20,000 bases of DNA from IMG/VR virus record IMGVR_UViG_3300032322_001263, one strand, 5' to 3'. Both the position numbers and the translations under genes were made by a program. A model generated the notes under the pieces. The model did not search any database. It worked only from the letters and a program-made list of their open reading frames with translations, and was not told the DNA's origin. Positions 1 to 7,341 of this stretch are shown here, piece by piece (within the stretch, counting starts at the first letter, position 1; each line of letters starts with the position of its first letter). This DNA comes from an uncultured virus (IMG/VR IMGVR_UViG_3300032322_001263) (lineage: Duplodnaviria > Heunggongvirae > Uroviricota > Caudoviricetes).

Positions 1-72
1 GCTGGGAAGCTCCTGGGGTTCGGCCAGCGCCGCCGACCTGATACCACTTCCAAGAAGGGCGAACAGTCCTGA
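1..72 (+). CDS. 3' end of a CDS entering from the left (partial, AGKLLGFGQRRRPDTTSKKGEQS*)
   Basis: Frame 1 is open from base 1 to TGA at 70-72; too short to assign a product. Confidence 0.35.
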   Translation, partial: AGKLLGFGQRRRPDTTSKKGEQS

Positions 73-260
73 GCGGCGATACAATAACGATGTCACATCA
101 TTTTGTTCGTTTAATTTGCGAGCAACCAACACCAAGGGGCCAAGACGGACAACCAGTCGTCTTTGACCTAGAACCAAGCCAGGCTGTAGCAAAAATTGCA
201 CAGCTAAAATTGCTTGGATGGAAAACAATTACACAGGTCACCCTTCAAGCATAAACAGCC

Positions 261-845
261 ATGACTCAACCAGCGCCGAATCAAATGCAATCTGAGTGGG
301 GTACAAGGGTTCATGCTTTGAACCTATCCCAGCCTGATGGCAGCACCTGTCAATCTGCCTGCATTGCAATGGCAATTGGCACAAAAGATATTTACGACAT
401 TAGGAGCCAATTAATTCGATTGGGCGAAGCTGGCCATCCGTCGAATATGGGACAAGTTCTCAGGCGCTTTAAAGGGAAAAAGTATATCTACGATGAAAGC
501 GCCTCCATTGATGACATGGTAGGATACCTAAAAGCCGGTGAGTTCTTGATTACTCACGGCTGGTTTACTGGTAGCGGTCACGTTATTGCACTTGATGGTG
601 TAAAGCTACACGAAAACAATCGTGCAAGCTTTAACGTAAAAGATCCGTGGAGTGAATTTGACGGCCCTTCCTGGAGTTACAACAAGCCAACCGTAAAATT
701 CTTTGATGGCTTTTACAGCGATAGAATTATCTATGCCGCCTGTGTTGCCGGAACAAGTAGATGGGATGCAAGCAACCTTTATCGCAGCAAAGAAATCCCA
801 AATGTCAATCTTGGCCAAGCCTGGGTTCACCGTATTCTCCCATAG
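261..845 (+). CDS. Peptidase C39-like (papain-fold) cysteine peptidase, possibly a cell-wall or lysis enzyme
   Basis: Q-x5-C motif (SQPDGSTCQSACIAMA), catalytic His in GHVIALDG, downstream VKDPW; this order is typical of C39-like phage peptidases. Confidence 0.75.
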   Translation: MTQPAPNQMQSEWGTRVHALNLSQPDGSTCQSACIAMAIGTKDIYDIRSQLIRLGEAGHPSNMGQVLRRFKGKKYIYDESASIDDMVGYLKAGEFLITHGWFTGSGHVIALDGVKLHENNRASFNVKDPWSEFDGPSWSYNKPTVKFFDGFYSDRIIYAACVAGTSRWDASNLYRSKEIPNVNLGQAWVHRILP

Positions 846-963
846 CTACACCTAAGGCTTTAAATGCTTCCTTGCCGCCCGAAAATCTCGTTATCTTTTC
901 TCCTTCGATAACGACCCAGCAGACCGAACCGCTTTCGTCTGTGCCAACGGTGACATAGGGCAT
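805..963 (-). CDS. Small hypothetical protein (MPYVTVGTDESGSVCWVV..., 52 aa)
   Basis: ATG at 963 inside ORF 805..1104; fills the gap between two + strand genes. Confidence 0.4.
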   Translation of the reverse strand: MPYVTVGTDESGSVCWVVIEGEKITRFSGGKEAFKALGVAMGEYGEPRLGQD

Positions 964-1003
964 TTCGTTGTTTCGATTAGACTGAATTGACTGTGGCTGT
1001 GTC

Positions 1004-1321
1004 ATGGCTGATCCCCTGGAGACTTGCGGTAAGTGGTTCACACCTCCTGAGCCCAGTCTGACCGCTCTACTGGACCGCGAAATGGACCGGCGGAAAGCGG
1101 CCAAGCTTGGCAGGGATGAATTAAACGAATTGACAGATAAACTTTTAGTTGACTGGTATCAACACGAAGCTACTATAAATATGCTTTTAGGTAGGGTCCG
1201 CCATCTGGAGGTAGAGCTTGTGCTAGCGAAAGGCGAGCCCTTGACCGAAGAAATTAGCGCTACTCATCTACAAATGGCAAAGGATCTCCTGCAGGATAAT
1301 TTACACTGTTCCAATTTTTGA
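1004..1321 (+). CDS. Hypothetical helical phage protein
   Basis: 105-aa ORF with ATG start and amphipathic helical composition. Confidence 0.6.
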   Translation: MADPLETCGKWFTPPEPSLTALLDREMDRRKAAKLGRDELNELTDKLLVDWYQHEATINMLLGRVRHLEVELVLAKGEPLTEEISATHLQMAKDLLQDNLHCSNF

Positions 1322-1604
1322 TTGATCTTGCGATTACAGGAATAGACCTTTCTCCTATTCCGCGAATTGAGAGTATCTGTTCCTTCCTAAGCTTGACAAG
1401 CTTTTCTATCGTATCACAGCCTGATCGCATTAGTGCATTTTGAACTCCAGTCGGAAGTCCGATCCACTTCAATGGAGTCCTCTCGTCTTCATCCATTAGC
1501 AAGTCATCTACCTGTCGGAGCAGGTCTCTGTGCTCCCAGAACTTTTCACTTGCCGCCAACGCATCCCTAAGCTTGATTGAAATCGCCCTCCAGTCTGTTG
1601 TCAT
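1260..1604 (-). CDS. Small protein with an RNA polymerase alpha-subunit C-terminal domain (alpha-CTD/HhH)-like domain
   Basis: PLKWIGLPTGVQNALMRSGCDTIEKLVKLRKEQILSIRGIGERSIPVI matches the alpha-CTD pattern (L..R..N.L...GI.TI.DL......LL.I.NLG.KSL.EI); ATGA overlap with the upstream gene. Confidence 0.75.
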   Translation of the reverse strand: MTTDWRAISIKLRDALAASEKFWEHRDLLRQVDDLLMDEDERTPLKWIGLPTGVQNALMRSGCDTIEKLVKLRKEQILSIRGIGERSIPVIARSIKNWNSVNYPAGDPLPFVDE

Positions 1605-1936
1605 GCTTGCTCTCCAATTGCGCTATATGCTCCACAACCGCGAGCCCACGTTGAACCTTCAGATACACACTCTGGGATACCAAGGGTACAGCTTCCCTGG
1701 AATTCTTCTGTACCTGGCTTCCATTGAACGCAGTGGTAGCATTTTTGCCTGAAGCTTTTAGGGTCAAGGCGGGGTAGGCTTGGTAGTATGTTGTCGAATT
1801 TTATTCCAAATCTAATCTCTCTAATCATTTCACGATGAATACCTGTCAGGCGCGATATTTCAGCGTGACTGGTAGTCAATGGATAAGAGAGAACTGCTCT
1901 CACATTCTCCTTTGTTTGCTCAATTGTTAGTGTCAT
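1601..1936 (-). CDS. Hypothetical protein with N-terminal HTH-like segment and C-terminal Cys cluster
   Basis: SHAEISRLTGIHREMIREIR is HTH-like; C-terminal CYHC...CTLGIPEC...ARGCGAY. Confidence 0.7.
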   Translation of the reverse strand: MTLTIEQTKENVRAVLSYPLTTSHAEISRLTGIHREMIREIRFGIKFDNILPSLPRLDPKSFRQKCYHCVQWKPGTEEFQGSCTLGIPECVSEGSTWARGCGAYSAIGEQA

Positions 1937-1941
1937 TTCCG

Positions 1942-2604
1942 TTAGATTCTCGCCAAAGTAACAACATTCCCCTGATCCTGATACTTTCCTTCGCCATAAG
2001 GGTTATCGCAAACACTGCCTTCCATAAAGAGCGCTTGGGCAATTCCCTCATTCGCGTAGATTCTACAGTCAGCACCAGAGCTGTTGCTGATCTCAAGCGT
2101 CAGAAACCCCTCCCATCCAGCTTCACCAGGGGTTGTATTTACAATAATCCCACAGCGAGCGTAAGTGCTTTTACCAATGAATAGTGCTGTAATGTTAGGT
2201 GGAAGTTTAAGTCGTTCAAGCGTTACGCCAAGTGCATAGGTGTGAGCGGGAAGAATAAAATACTCACCGAACCCGTCGGCATAAAGCTCCGTTGATACCA
2301 GACAGCGATCATCAAAAGCTTTTGGGTTTACAATTAATCCAGGGACATGGTGAAAAATACGAAAATCGTGAGGCGCGAGCCTAAGGTCGTAACCGTAGCT
2401 ACTGCACCCAAAGCTAATAGCTGGAGCGGAGCACTTGTTTACCAGGCCGGTGCGGGGATCTCTGTACAAACCTGTTTGCGAAAGATCCCAAGAATCAAAT
2501 TTAATCTTGCGAACTTTATCGTACTCAAATGGAGTAATCATTCCTTCTTCCGCAAAGGAACGAATGTAGCGATCAGAAAGAAAACCAGTTTGTCGGTTAG
2601 TCAT
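1942..2604 (-). CDS. dcd: dCTP deaminase
   Basis: LSDRYIR, ISFGCSSYGYDLRL, GKSTYARCG, TPGEAGWEGFLTLEISN, IYANEGIAQ and GKYQDQ motifs; likely start is ATG 2604, overlapping the upstream stop. Confidence 0.95.
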   Translation of the reverse strand: MTNRQTGFLSDRYIRSFAEEGMITPFEYDKVRKIKFDSWDLSQTGLYRDPRTGLVNKCSAPAISFGCSSYGYDLRLAPHDFRIFHHVPGLIVNPKAFDDRCLVSTELYADGFGEYFILPAHTYALGVTLERLKLPPNITALFIGKSTYARCGIIVNTTPGEAGWEGFLTLEISNSSGADCRIYANEGIAQALFMEGSVCDNPYGEGKYQDQGNVVTLARI

Positions 2605-2929
2605 GGTTTTGGGGTTGAAATAAATTGCAAATAGTAGCAAAGGACGGATCGTCAATAGCATCGGGAAATCCGAAGCTACAACTTTCTTTATAGTGATGGC
2701 AATTGTAGCATAACTGAGAAACGCTTCCCTGTCGAGCACCCATGGCTATGGCCTCCTGTCGAATGGAATGTTTCGATCTTGAACCAATAAACTCACTCCA
2801 GCGATGGTTGCAGCTTTCGGAGAGACATTTGTACCTACGTCGCCTGCTTCCATTTAAGTGAGGTCTTGTTTCGATTAGCTTTGCTTTTGCCCCACAGACC
2901 TTGCAATGAAGTTTTCTCGGATTACCCAC
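2597..2929 (-). CDS. Zn-ribbon protein (NrdR N-terminal-like) with a second Cys cluster
   Basis: CKVC..(IETR)..SRRRRYKC....C..RWS resembles the NrdR Zn ribbon; no ATP-cone; C-terminal CYNC...CSFGFP...C. Confidence 0.7.
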   Translation of the reverse strand: MGNPRKLHCKVCGAKAKLIETRPHLNGSRRRRYKCLSESCNHRWSEFIGSRSKHSIRQEAIAMGARQGSVSQLCYNCHHYKESCSFGFPDAIDDPSFATICNLFQPQNHD

Positions 2930-3140
2930 TAACCTCCAGTTCGTCTAAGTTCACGGTTGGCACATCGTTCCATTCGATACCACTTTCCTTGCCTTGAATC
3001 CACATGCTTCCGGCCTGGAGGATCAGCTCACCATTGCGGCGGGCTAGTCGCCAGGCAGCGGGAGAGCAGGTAACCTTCTCTGCGGAGATCGCTGACATTA
3101 CTTTGTCTGTCACGGTTACTTGGGTCCCTTGGTTGTTCAT
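2922..3140 (-). CDS. Hypothetical protein
   Basis: 72-aa ORF translationally coupled at both ends. Confidence 0.6.
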   Translation of the reverse strand: MNNQGTQVTVTDKVMSAISAEKVTCSPAAWRLARRNGELILQAGSMWIQGKESGIEWNDVPTVNLDELEVSG

Positions 3141-3412
3141 GGCTGGCTCTCCAATTCGTCGGAGATGCCTAAAATAACATCAAGAGCATCTTTCCACCCA
3201 TCAACATAGTTTTGATGGGTGTAGGCAATGTTTTCAATGTGAGCCTTGGGATGCGCCTGATTCGCAGCGGCGCGGAGGGCGGCGGCGGCAATGATTCGGC
3301 GTCGCTCAAGGCCTGGGACGCTGGCAACTTTTAGGATGGCGGCTTCAACCGCCTGCGAGGCGCGGGAGAGCGTACTGTTCAAACCGTAAAAACCCTGCGA
3401 TTTGCTACACAT
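3137..3412 (-). CDS. Hypothetical protein, LSxAxQAV...AALRA family (paralog 1)
   Basis: Likely start ATG 3412 overlaps the upstream stop by 8 bp; similar to the C-terminal half of 3405..3836. Confidence 0.65.
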   Translation of the reverse strand: MCSKSQGFYGLNSTLSRASQAVEAAILKVASVPGLERRRIIAAAALRAAANQAHPKAHIENIAYTHQNYVDGWKDALDVILGISDELESQP

Positions 3413-3836
3413 TGGCCCCGTTCTCCAGCTCAGCGGCGATCTTCTCCAGAAAATCCACCGATGCTTCGATGCCCTCCAGATATTTTGGGTGGTAAATGTC
3501 GCCAAGCAGGCGGCTCATCATTCGATCCGCAACAGCGCGGAGGGCGGCACCGAGGGGTTGGCCCATGTCCTCCAATGGTCCCTGCGCTTCGTAGGCATCG
3601 TTCCAGGCGTCCCAGACAGCCTGCGCGGCGGGGCTTAGGGGGATAGGGTTAGCAGCGACGGAGGCCGGTTCCCTGCTCTCGGGCACAGCCGGTCCATCGG
3701 TCAGCCACGGCAACCCCAATTGCGGGGCTGGCATCCGGATCCAGGGGCCAACAGATCGCCGCTGATACTGCCAGGATCCATCCGGGTTTTGGCGGATGGT
3801 CGAGCCGGCGGGGATGTCCGGGAGGCATTCAGACAT
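3405..3836 (-). CDS. Mosaic hypothetical protein, LSPAAQAV...AALRAVAD family (paralog 2)
   Basis: ATG 3836 is preceded by a GGAGGT Shine-Dalgarno and overlaps the upstream stop by 8 bp. Confidence 0.7.
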   Translation of the reverse strand: MSECLPDIPAGSTIRQNPDGSWQYQRRSVGPWIRMPAPQLGLPWLTDGPAVPESREPASVAANPIPLSPAAQAVWDAWNDAYEAQGPLEDMGQPLGAALRAVADRMMSRLLGDIYHPKYLEGIEASVDFLEKIAAELENGANV

Positions 3837-4800
3837 TGGACACCTCCCCGGCCTGGGGCAGCGGGATGGCGTGGGGCAGCGGAATGGCGTGGGCGGGGAG
3901 CAGCCAGCCGCCGTAGACCATCGCCGGGTTGGCCATGCTCCAGTAGGCCGGACCATCCGGCGGGCACCACCAGCATTCGCCGTCCAGGTCAGTCCAGCCG
4001 CCTTTCTCCCATGGCCGCTCACTCACCGCCACCGGGACGGGAGCGGGAGTCTGCTGAAGTAGGGTGGCGGCGCTGCTGAGGTATTTTGCATCGCCAAACT
4101 GACAGGCTGCAGCGGCATGACTGGCCATAAGCTCTAGCTCTGCCACCAACTCCGCCACCTCCCCCGGCTCCGGTGCTGGCGAGGCAGGCGCGGAGAGCTG
4201 CTGGAGCAGGGTGGCGGCACGGTCCAACATCTCCTGCAGTTCAGTCTCGGGCAACGCCCCGATCTCCTGCATCTTCCGCAGGTGCGCGGCGTGGTTTTCC
4301 AGCCATTCGCAAACCTCCCCCACCTCCCCCGGCTCCGGCGCTGGCGGGGTGGCGTGGACCAGCGCGGTAGCCCACCAATCTCTAACGGCGACCAGGAGCC
4401 TGCCTTTGATGGCGTCGAGAGTGTTCTCCAGTGAGTCGCAGCCGTGCTCGGGAATCCACCATTCTACCTGGACCATTTGGTCCTCGCCAGTCCCGAGGGG
4501 CAGATCATCCAACGTGGACGCTCTGTATCCGCCATTTGGCGTAACGGCTGCAGTCAGTCCATCGCATAGCCGCTTTAAGCATTCAGGCGATGCGTCAATC
4601 TGCAGGTTTATGGTTAGACCCTCCCCCACCGGCTCAGTAGCCAGGGTGGCGCGGGCGGCGGCCATTGGCTCTTCAAGCAGCCGGGGCCATGTCTCCTCAT
4701 ACTGCCCCTGGCAAGCTGCGTAGGCGCTCACCAGCCGCTCCAGGGCGGCGCGGATTGCGGGGGTGGTGCTCATGGTTTCGGTGGAGTGAGGGTTGGTCAT
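3829..4800 (-). CDS. Mosaic repeat-module protein with a C-terminal DUF551-like (PV.VSER.P...CWW...W..P) segment
   Basis: ATGA overlap at 4797-4800; two EPGEV...AATLLQQ modules; the DUF551 resemblance is by eye only. Confidence 0.7.
   Translation of the reverse strand: MTNPHSTETMSTTPAIRAALERLVSAYAACQGQYEETWPRLLEEPMAAARATLATEPVGEGLTINLQIDASPECLKRLCDGLTAAVTPNGGYRASTLDDLPLGTGEDQMVQVEWWIPEHGCDSLENTLDAIKGRLLVAVRDWWATALVHATPPAPEPGEVGEVCEWLENHAAHLRKMQEIGALPETELQEMLDRAATLLQQLSAPASPAPEPGEVAELVAELELMASHAAAACQFGDAKYLSSAATLLQQTPAPVPVAVSERPWEKGGWTDLDGECWWCPPDGPAYWSMANPAMVYGGWLLPAHAIPLPHAIPLPQAGEVSNV
3854..3889. repeat. 18-bp tandem duplication (HAIPLP x2)
   Basis: tggggcagcgggatggcg / tggggcagcggaatggcg. 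Confidence 0.95.
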
Positions 4801-5187
4801 TCGCCTTCCTGTTCGCAAGGTGACAGGTCGTAAGTTTTTGAAAGCATAAGTGCGGCAGCCGCGTACAAAACACCAGCGGCGTGTGTTGCTGAAAGGTCAG
4901 TGTTGACGCATTCGCCAAGGATTCTGCTGAGCAGATCCTGTTCAGGGTCTACATCGACGGCAGGGGGTGAAAGGTGCGGGTCGCGGGGGGTGGTGCTCAT
5001 TGGCTGGGTTGGCTGGTGGTCATCGGAAGCCGGGGATAGCGGATCGGCGCCGGGGGCGGGCGCGGAAAGCTGCTGGAGCAGGGTGGCGGCGCGGCGCAGC
5101 TTCAGAAATGCGTCAAGGCTGATTGCGCCAGCCTGCTCTCGCGTGGGCGTCAGGAACTCCACCAACTCCGCCACTTCCCCCGGCTCC
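4143..5187. repeat. Dispersed direct repeats: block A at 4143-4181, 4315-4346 and 5159-5187; block B at 4187-4222 and 5059-5094
   Basis: A: 4143-4171 vs 5159-5187 match at 28/29, and 4150-4181 vs 4315-4346 at 30/32; B matches at 34/36 (counted by eye). Confidence 0.95.
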
Positions 5188-5567
5188 CCCGCCGGCCCAG
5201 CGGCCAGGGCGGCGCCGTGCTGGCGGCCGAGGTTGATGCAGGCGCGGCCAAAGCCAAGATGTTCAAGAGACACGCTCCCGGTAGCACCATCCATGACCAT
5301 GTAACAGTGGGCTAGCTTTTCCAGATCTTCATCCGTAGTCACCGGGGCGGCCTCGGGGATGGGGGGAACCTGTTCGGCGTCTTCGTCCTGCTGGCGCAAG
5401 CTCTCGGCAGCTTCCAGCTTCTGCAGGCACTCCAGCAGGTGCAGGATCGCTTCAGCCTCCGGCACCCCTACCCGCTCCAGCAGGCGCAGGATCGCTTGAG
5501 CTGTAATGCCGCCTTCAAGTTTGGCGGTTTGGCATAGCCAGGCCAAGGTTTCGGGTTTAACGCTCAT
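4797..5567 (-). CDS. Mosaic repeat-module protein
   Basis: Likely start ATG 5567 (TAATG overlap with the upstream stop); one EPGEV...AATLLQQ module. Confidence 0.7.
   Translation of the reverse strand: MSVKPETLAWLCQTAKLEGGITAQAILRLLERVGVPEAEAILHLLECLQKLEAAESLRQQDEDAEQVPPIPEAAPVTTDEDLEKLAHCYMVMDGATGSVSLEHLGFGRACINLGRQHGAALAAGPAGEPGEVAELVEFLTPTREQAGAISLDAFLKLRRAATLLQQLSAPAPGADPLSPASDDHQPTQPMSTTPRDPHLSPPAVDVDPEQDLLSRILGECVNTDLSATHAAGVLYAAAALMLSKTYDLSPCEQEGE
5430..5501. repeat. 27-bp direct repeat with 45-bp period (A.AIL.LLE x2)
   Basis: 5430-5456 vs 5475-5501, 25/27 identical. Confidence 0.9.
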
Positions 5568-5878
5568 TAGTTCCCCCAACGGTAAAGGAATGTTCTCAAA
5601 ATTTGTCTCCCCCGAATCACCGGCTCGTAGTGGGTAGATAGAGCCTGTACAGCCAGTACCACTTGGTCGAGCTGCTGATCGGTCGGCGGGGTTTTTACTG
5701 GTTCTTTCGTCGGCCATACTGCAGCAACTGCAAATGGTAAGAAAATGCCAAAAGAGATACCAAAAAAAATGCTAAACCATTTAATTGCAACAAGGTCAGT
5801 GTTTGGCCTTGACCTGCGGCGACTTTTGACACGAACCTTATTCGGTGATTCGTCGTAAACGTAGGGGCGGTCATTCAT
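5567..5878 (-). CDS. Putative single-pass membrane protein
   Basis: Basic N-terminus followed by hydrophobic WFSIFFGISFGIFLPFAVAAVW; coupled to both neighbours. Confidence 0.7.
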   Translation of the reverse strand: MNDRPYVYDESPNKVRVKSRRRSRPNTDLVAIKWFSIFFGISFGIFLPFAVAAVWPTKEPVKTPPTDQQLDQVVLAVQALSTHYEPVIRGRQILRTFLYRWGN

Positions 5879-6091
5879 GGCCGAGCTTCGTAGGTGGGGA
5901 GCGACTCAAGCTCAGTCCAGTCTCTAGGCGCGGAGTCGGCACCAGAAAGCCACCAGGCGCGGCCATCGGTGTCGATCGCATACAGGATGGCGTAGCCTTG
6001 AAGCGTCGGTGTGCGGGTCAGGCTGGCAAAGCGGCGGCGACCTTTGGCACGAACCGTTTTAGGTGGTTCGTCGCAGACGTAGGGGCGGTCA
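5816..6091. repeat. 58-bp imperfect direct repeat (5816-5873 / 6034-6091)
   Basis: 50/58 identical; encodes DRPYV.DE.P..VR.K.RR in both genes. Confidence 0.95.
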
Positions 6092-6102
6092 GATTCAGAC
6101 AT
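5875..6102 (-). CDS. Hypothetical protein sharing its N-terminus with 5567..5878
   Basis: Likely start ATG 6102 (MSESDRPYV...); ATGA overlap with the downstream gene. Confidence 0.65.
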   Translation of the reverse strand: MSESDRPYVCDEPPKTVRAKGRRRFASLTRTPTLQGYAILYAIDTDGRAWWLSGADSAPRDWTELESLPTYEARP

Positions 6103-6177
6103 GAGTGTGCTTTCGGAAAAAATTGACAAGAAAATGAAGAACTTGCTTCAGTAGTGCAGATTTCGTAGGTACAACCA

Positions 6178-6206
6178 ACAATAACTAGTAAGCTGTCAAA
6201 AGTCAA
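6178..6206 (-). promoter_or_regulatory. Sigma-70-type promoter TTGACT-17-TATTGT
   Basis: Intergenic, upstream of the 6102 gene cluster; a second TTGACA lies inside the spacer. Confidence 0.55.
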
Positions 6207-6228
6207 GCAAATCAAATATAAGACTTTC

Positions 6229-7095
6229 TTATACCTGGCTTTCCAGGCGAATCAAGAGTGAGCAACGATTAATAGCAAGTAACTCGATTTGCCGTAATTT
6301 CGCAACTCCCATACCTGTGAGCGAGGCAAGTTTCTTCCAGGATGTTGGTGGGTTGAGCATTCTTTCGGTAACAATAAACTTGCTTATCTCGTCAAGATTG
6401 TTAATTGCTGTTTTCAGTGACTCAAGCTGAATTCTCTCCTCCGCATCTTCGATTGCATTGCTGGTTTGTTCATCGCATATAAAGTTAATCAACGCAACTG
6501 AGTCGTTACCCTGACCAGTGGGAGCATCAAGACTTACCTGAACTTTCGGAATGTTCATTGCAATTTCGACATCTTCAACTGATAGCTGGCAGTTTTTGGC
6601 AATTTCCTTAGTTGTTGGCGAACGCAAGTGCTTCTTTTCAAACTGCTCAATACTTTTCTTGATCTTGCTTAATGATTCTCTGACGTTGCAAGGGATTTTG
6701 ATCGCAGATTCGCTGGAATGAATTCCTCTTTGTATGGCCTGCCTTATCCACCAGTATGAATATGTGCTCATTGCGTACCCAAGCTTGGGGTCAAACTTTT
6801 CTACCGCTCTTATGAGTCCCTTATTTCCTTCTTGTATCAAATCCATCAAGTCAAGTGTATTGCAAGAGCCAGAGTATTTTCTAGCAATGCCAATAACAAG
6901 TCTCAGATTACAGTTGACGAATTTTTGCCTAGCTCTTTTTCCGGCTTTTGCTATTTGTTTTTCTTCATCCGTGTATTCGCTTTCTTCTTTATTGATGCTT
7001 AGCCAAGCTTGTATTTGCGTACCCAGGCCAAGCTCCTGACTCTTGGTTAAGAGAGGGTATCTCCCGATTTCGTTGAGATACGCATGCTCGTTCAT
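6229..7095 (-). CDS. RNA polymerase sigma-70 factor, RpoD/SigA family (group-2-like, no region 1.1)
   Basis: YLNEIGRYPLL (region 1.2), NLRLVIGIARKY, DLIQEG..GLIRAVEKFDP..GY..STY.YWWIRQAI (region 2), VSLDAP (region 3), LRQIE (region 4); likely start ATG 7095. Confidence 0.95.
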   Translation of the reverse strand: MNEHAYLNEIGRYPLLTKSQELGLGTQIQAWLSINKEESEYTDEEKQIAKAGKRARQKFVNCNLRLVIGIARKYSGSCNTLDLMDLIQEGNKGLIRAVEKFDPKLGYAMSTYSYWWIRQAIQRGIHSSESAIKIPCNVRESLSKIKKSIEQFEKKHLRSPTTKEIAKNCQLSVEDVEIAMNIPKVQVSLDAPTGQGNDSVALINFICDEQTSNAIEDAEERIQLESLKTAINNLDEISKFIVTERMLNPPTSWKKLASLTGMGVAKLRQIELLAINRCSLLIRLESQV

Positions 7096-7161
7096 GGTCG
7101 GCGAGGGTCCAAGGAAGAGTCCATGCACCCATAATCCCACATACCTCCCCAGATGGGAAGG

Positions 7162-7341
7162 TCAAGAGTTATACAATCGCTTCCATCCTTCAGCGATAAG
7201 ACGACGCTGACCGTAAGAGACTGATGCTCTTGCAATTGATCTTAGATTTGCATCAATAGATACGTTGCAATTCCAATTACTTTTAACGATTGAGTCAATT
7301 TCAGCATCTTCGATAAACTCGGGATCAGTCTTTTGGTTCAT
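7162..7341 (-). CDS. Small hypothetical protein (MNQKTDPEFIEDAEID...WKRLYNS, 59 aa; not in the ORF track)
   Basis: Translated by hand from ATG 7341 to TGA 7162; fills most of the gap between the MazG-like and sigma genes. Confidence 0.55.
   Translation of the reverse strand: MNQKTDPEFIEDAEIDSIVKSNWNCNVSIDANLRSIARASVSYGQRRLIAEGWKRLYNS

Noticed and set aside
256..1010. Similar starts CAGCCATGAC(T/A)CA(A/G)CCA at 256 (+) and about 1010 (-), both giving MTQP
   Set aside because: Short and imperfect; the minus-strand ATG overlaps the start of the + gene at 1004; probably chance
4143..5187. Repeats as a CRISPR array, with the nuclease at 10250..11080 as Cas4
   Set aside because: The repeats are in-frame coding, irregularly spaced and of two types; the nuclease lacks the Cas4 Cys cluster pattern and sits in an ERF-SSB recombination module
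5816..6091. Repeat pair as a DGR template/variable repeat
   Set aside because: The 8 mismatches are not confined to adenines of one copy on either strand, the repeats are N-terminal, and no reverse transcriptase is in the window
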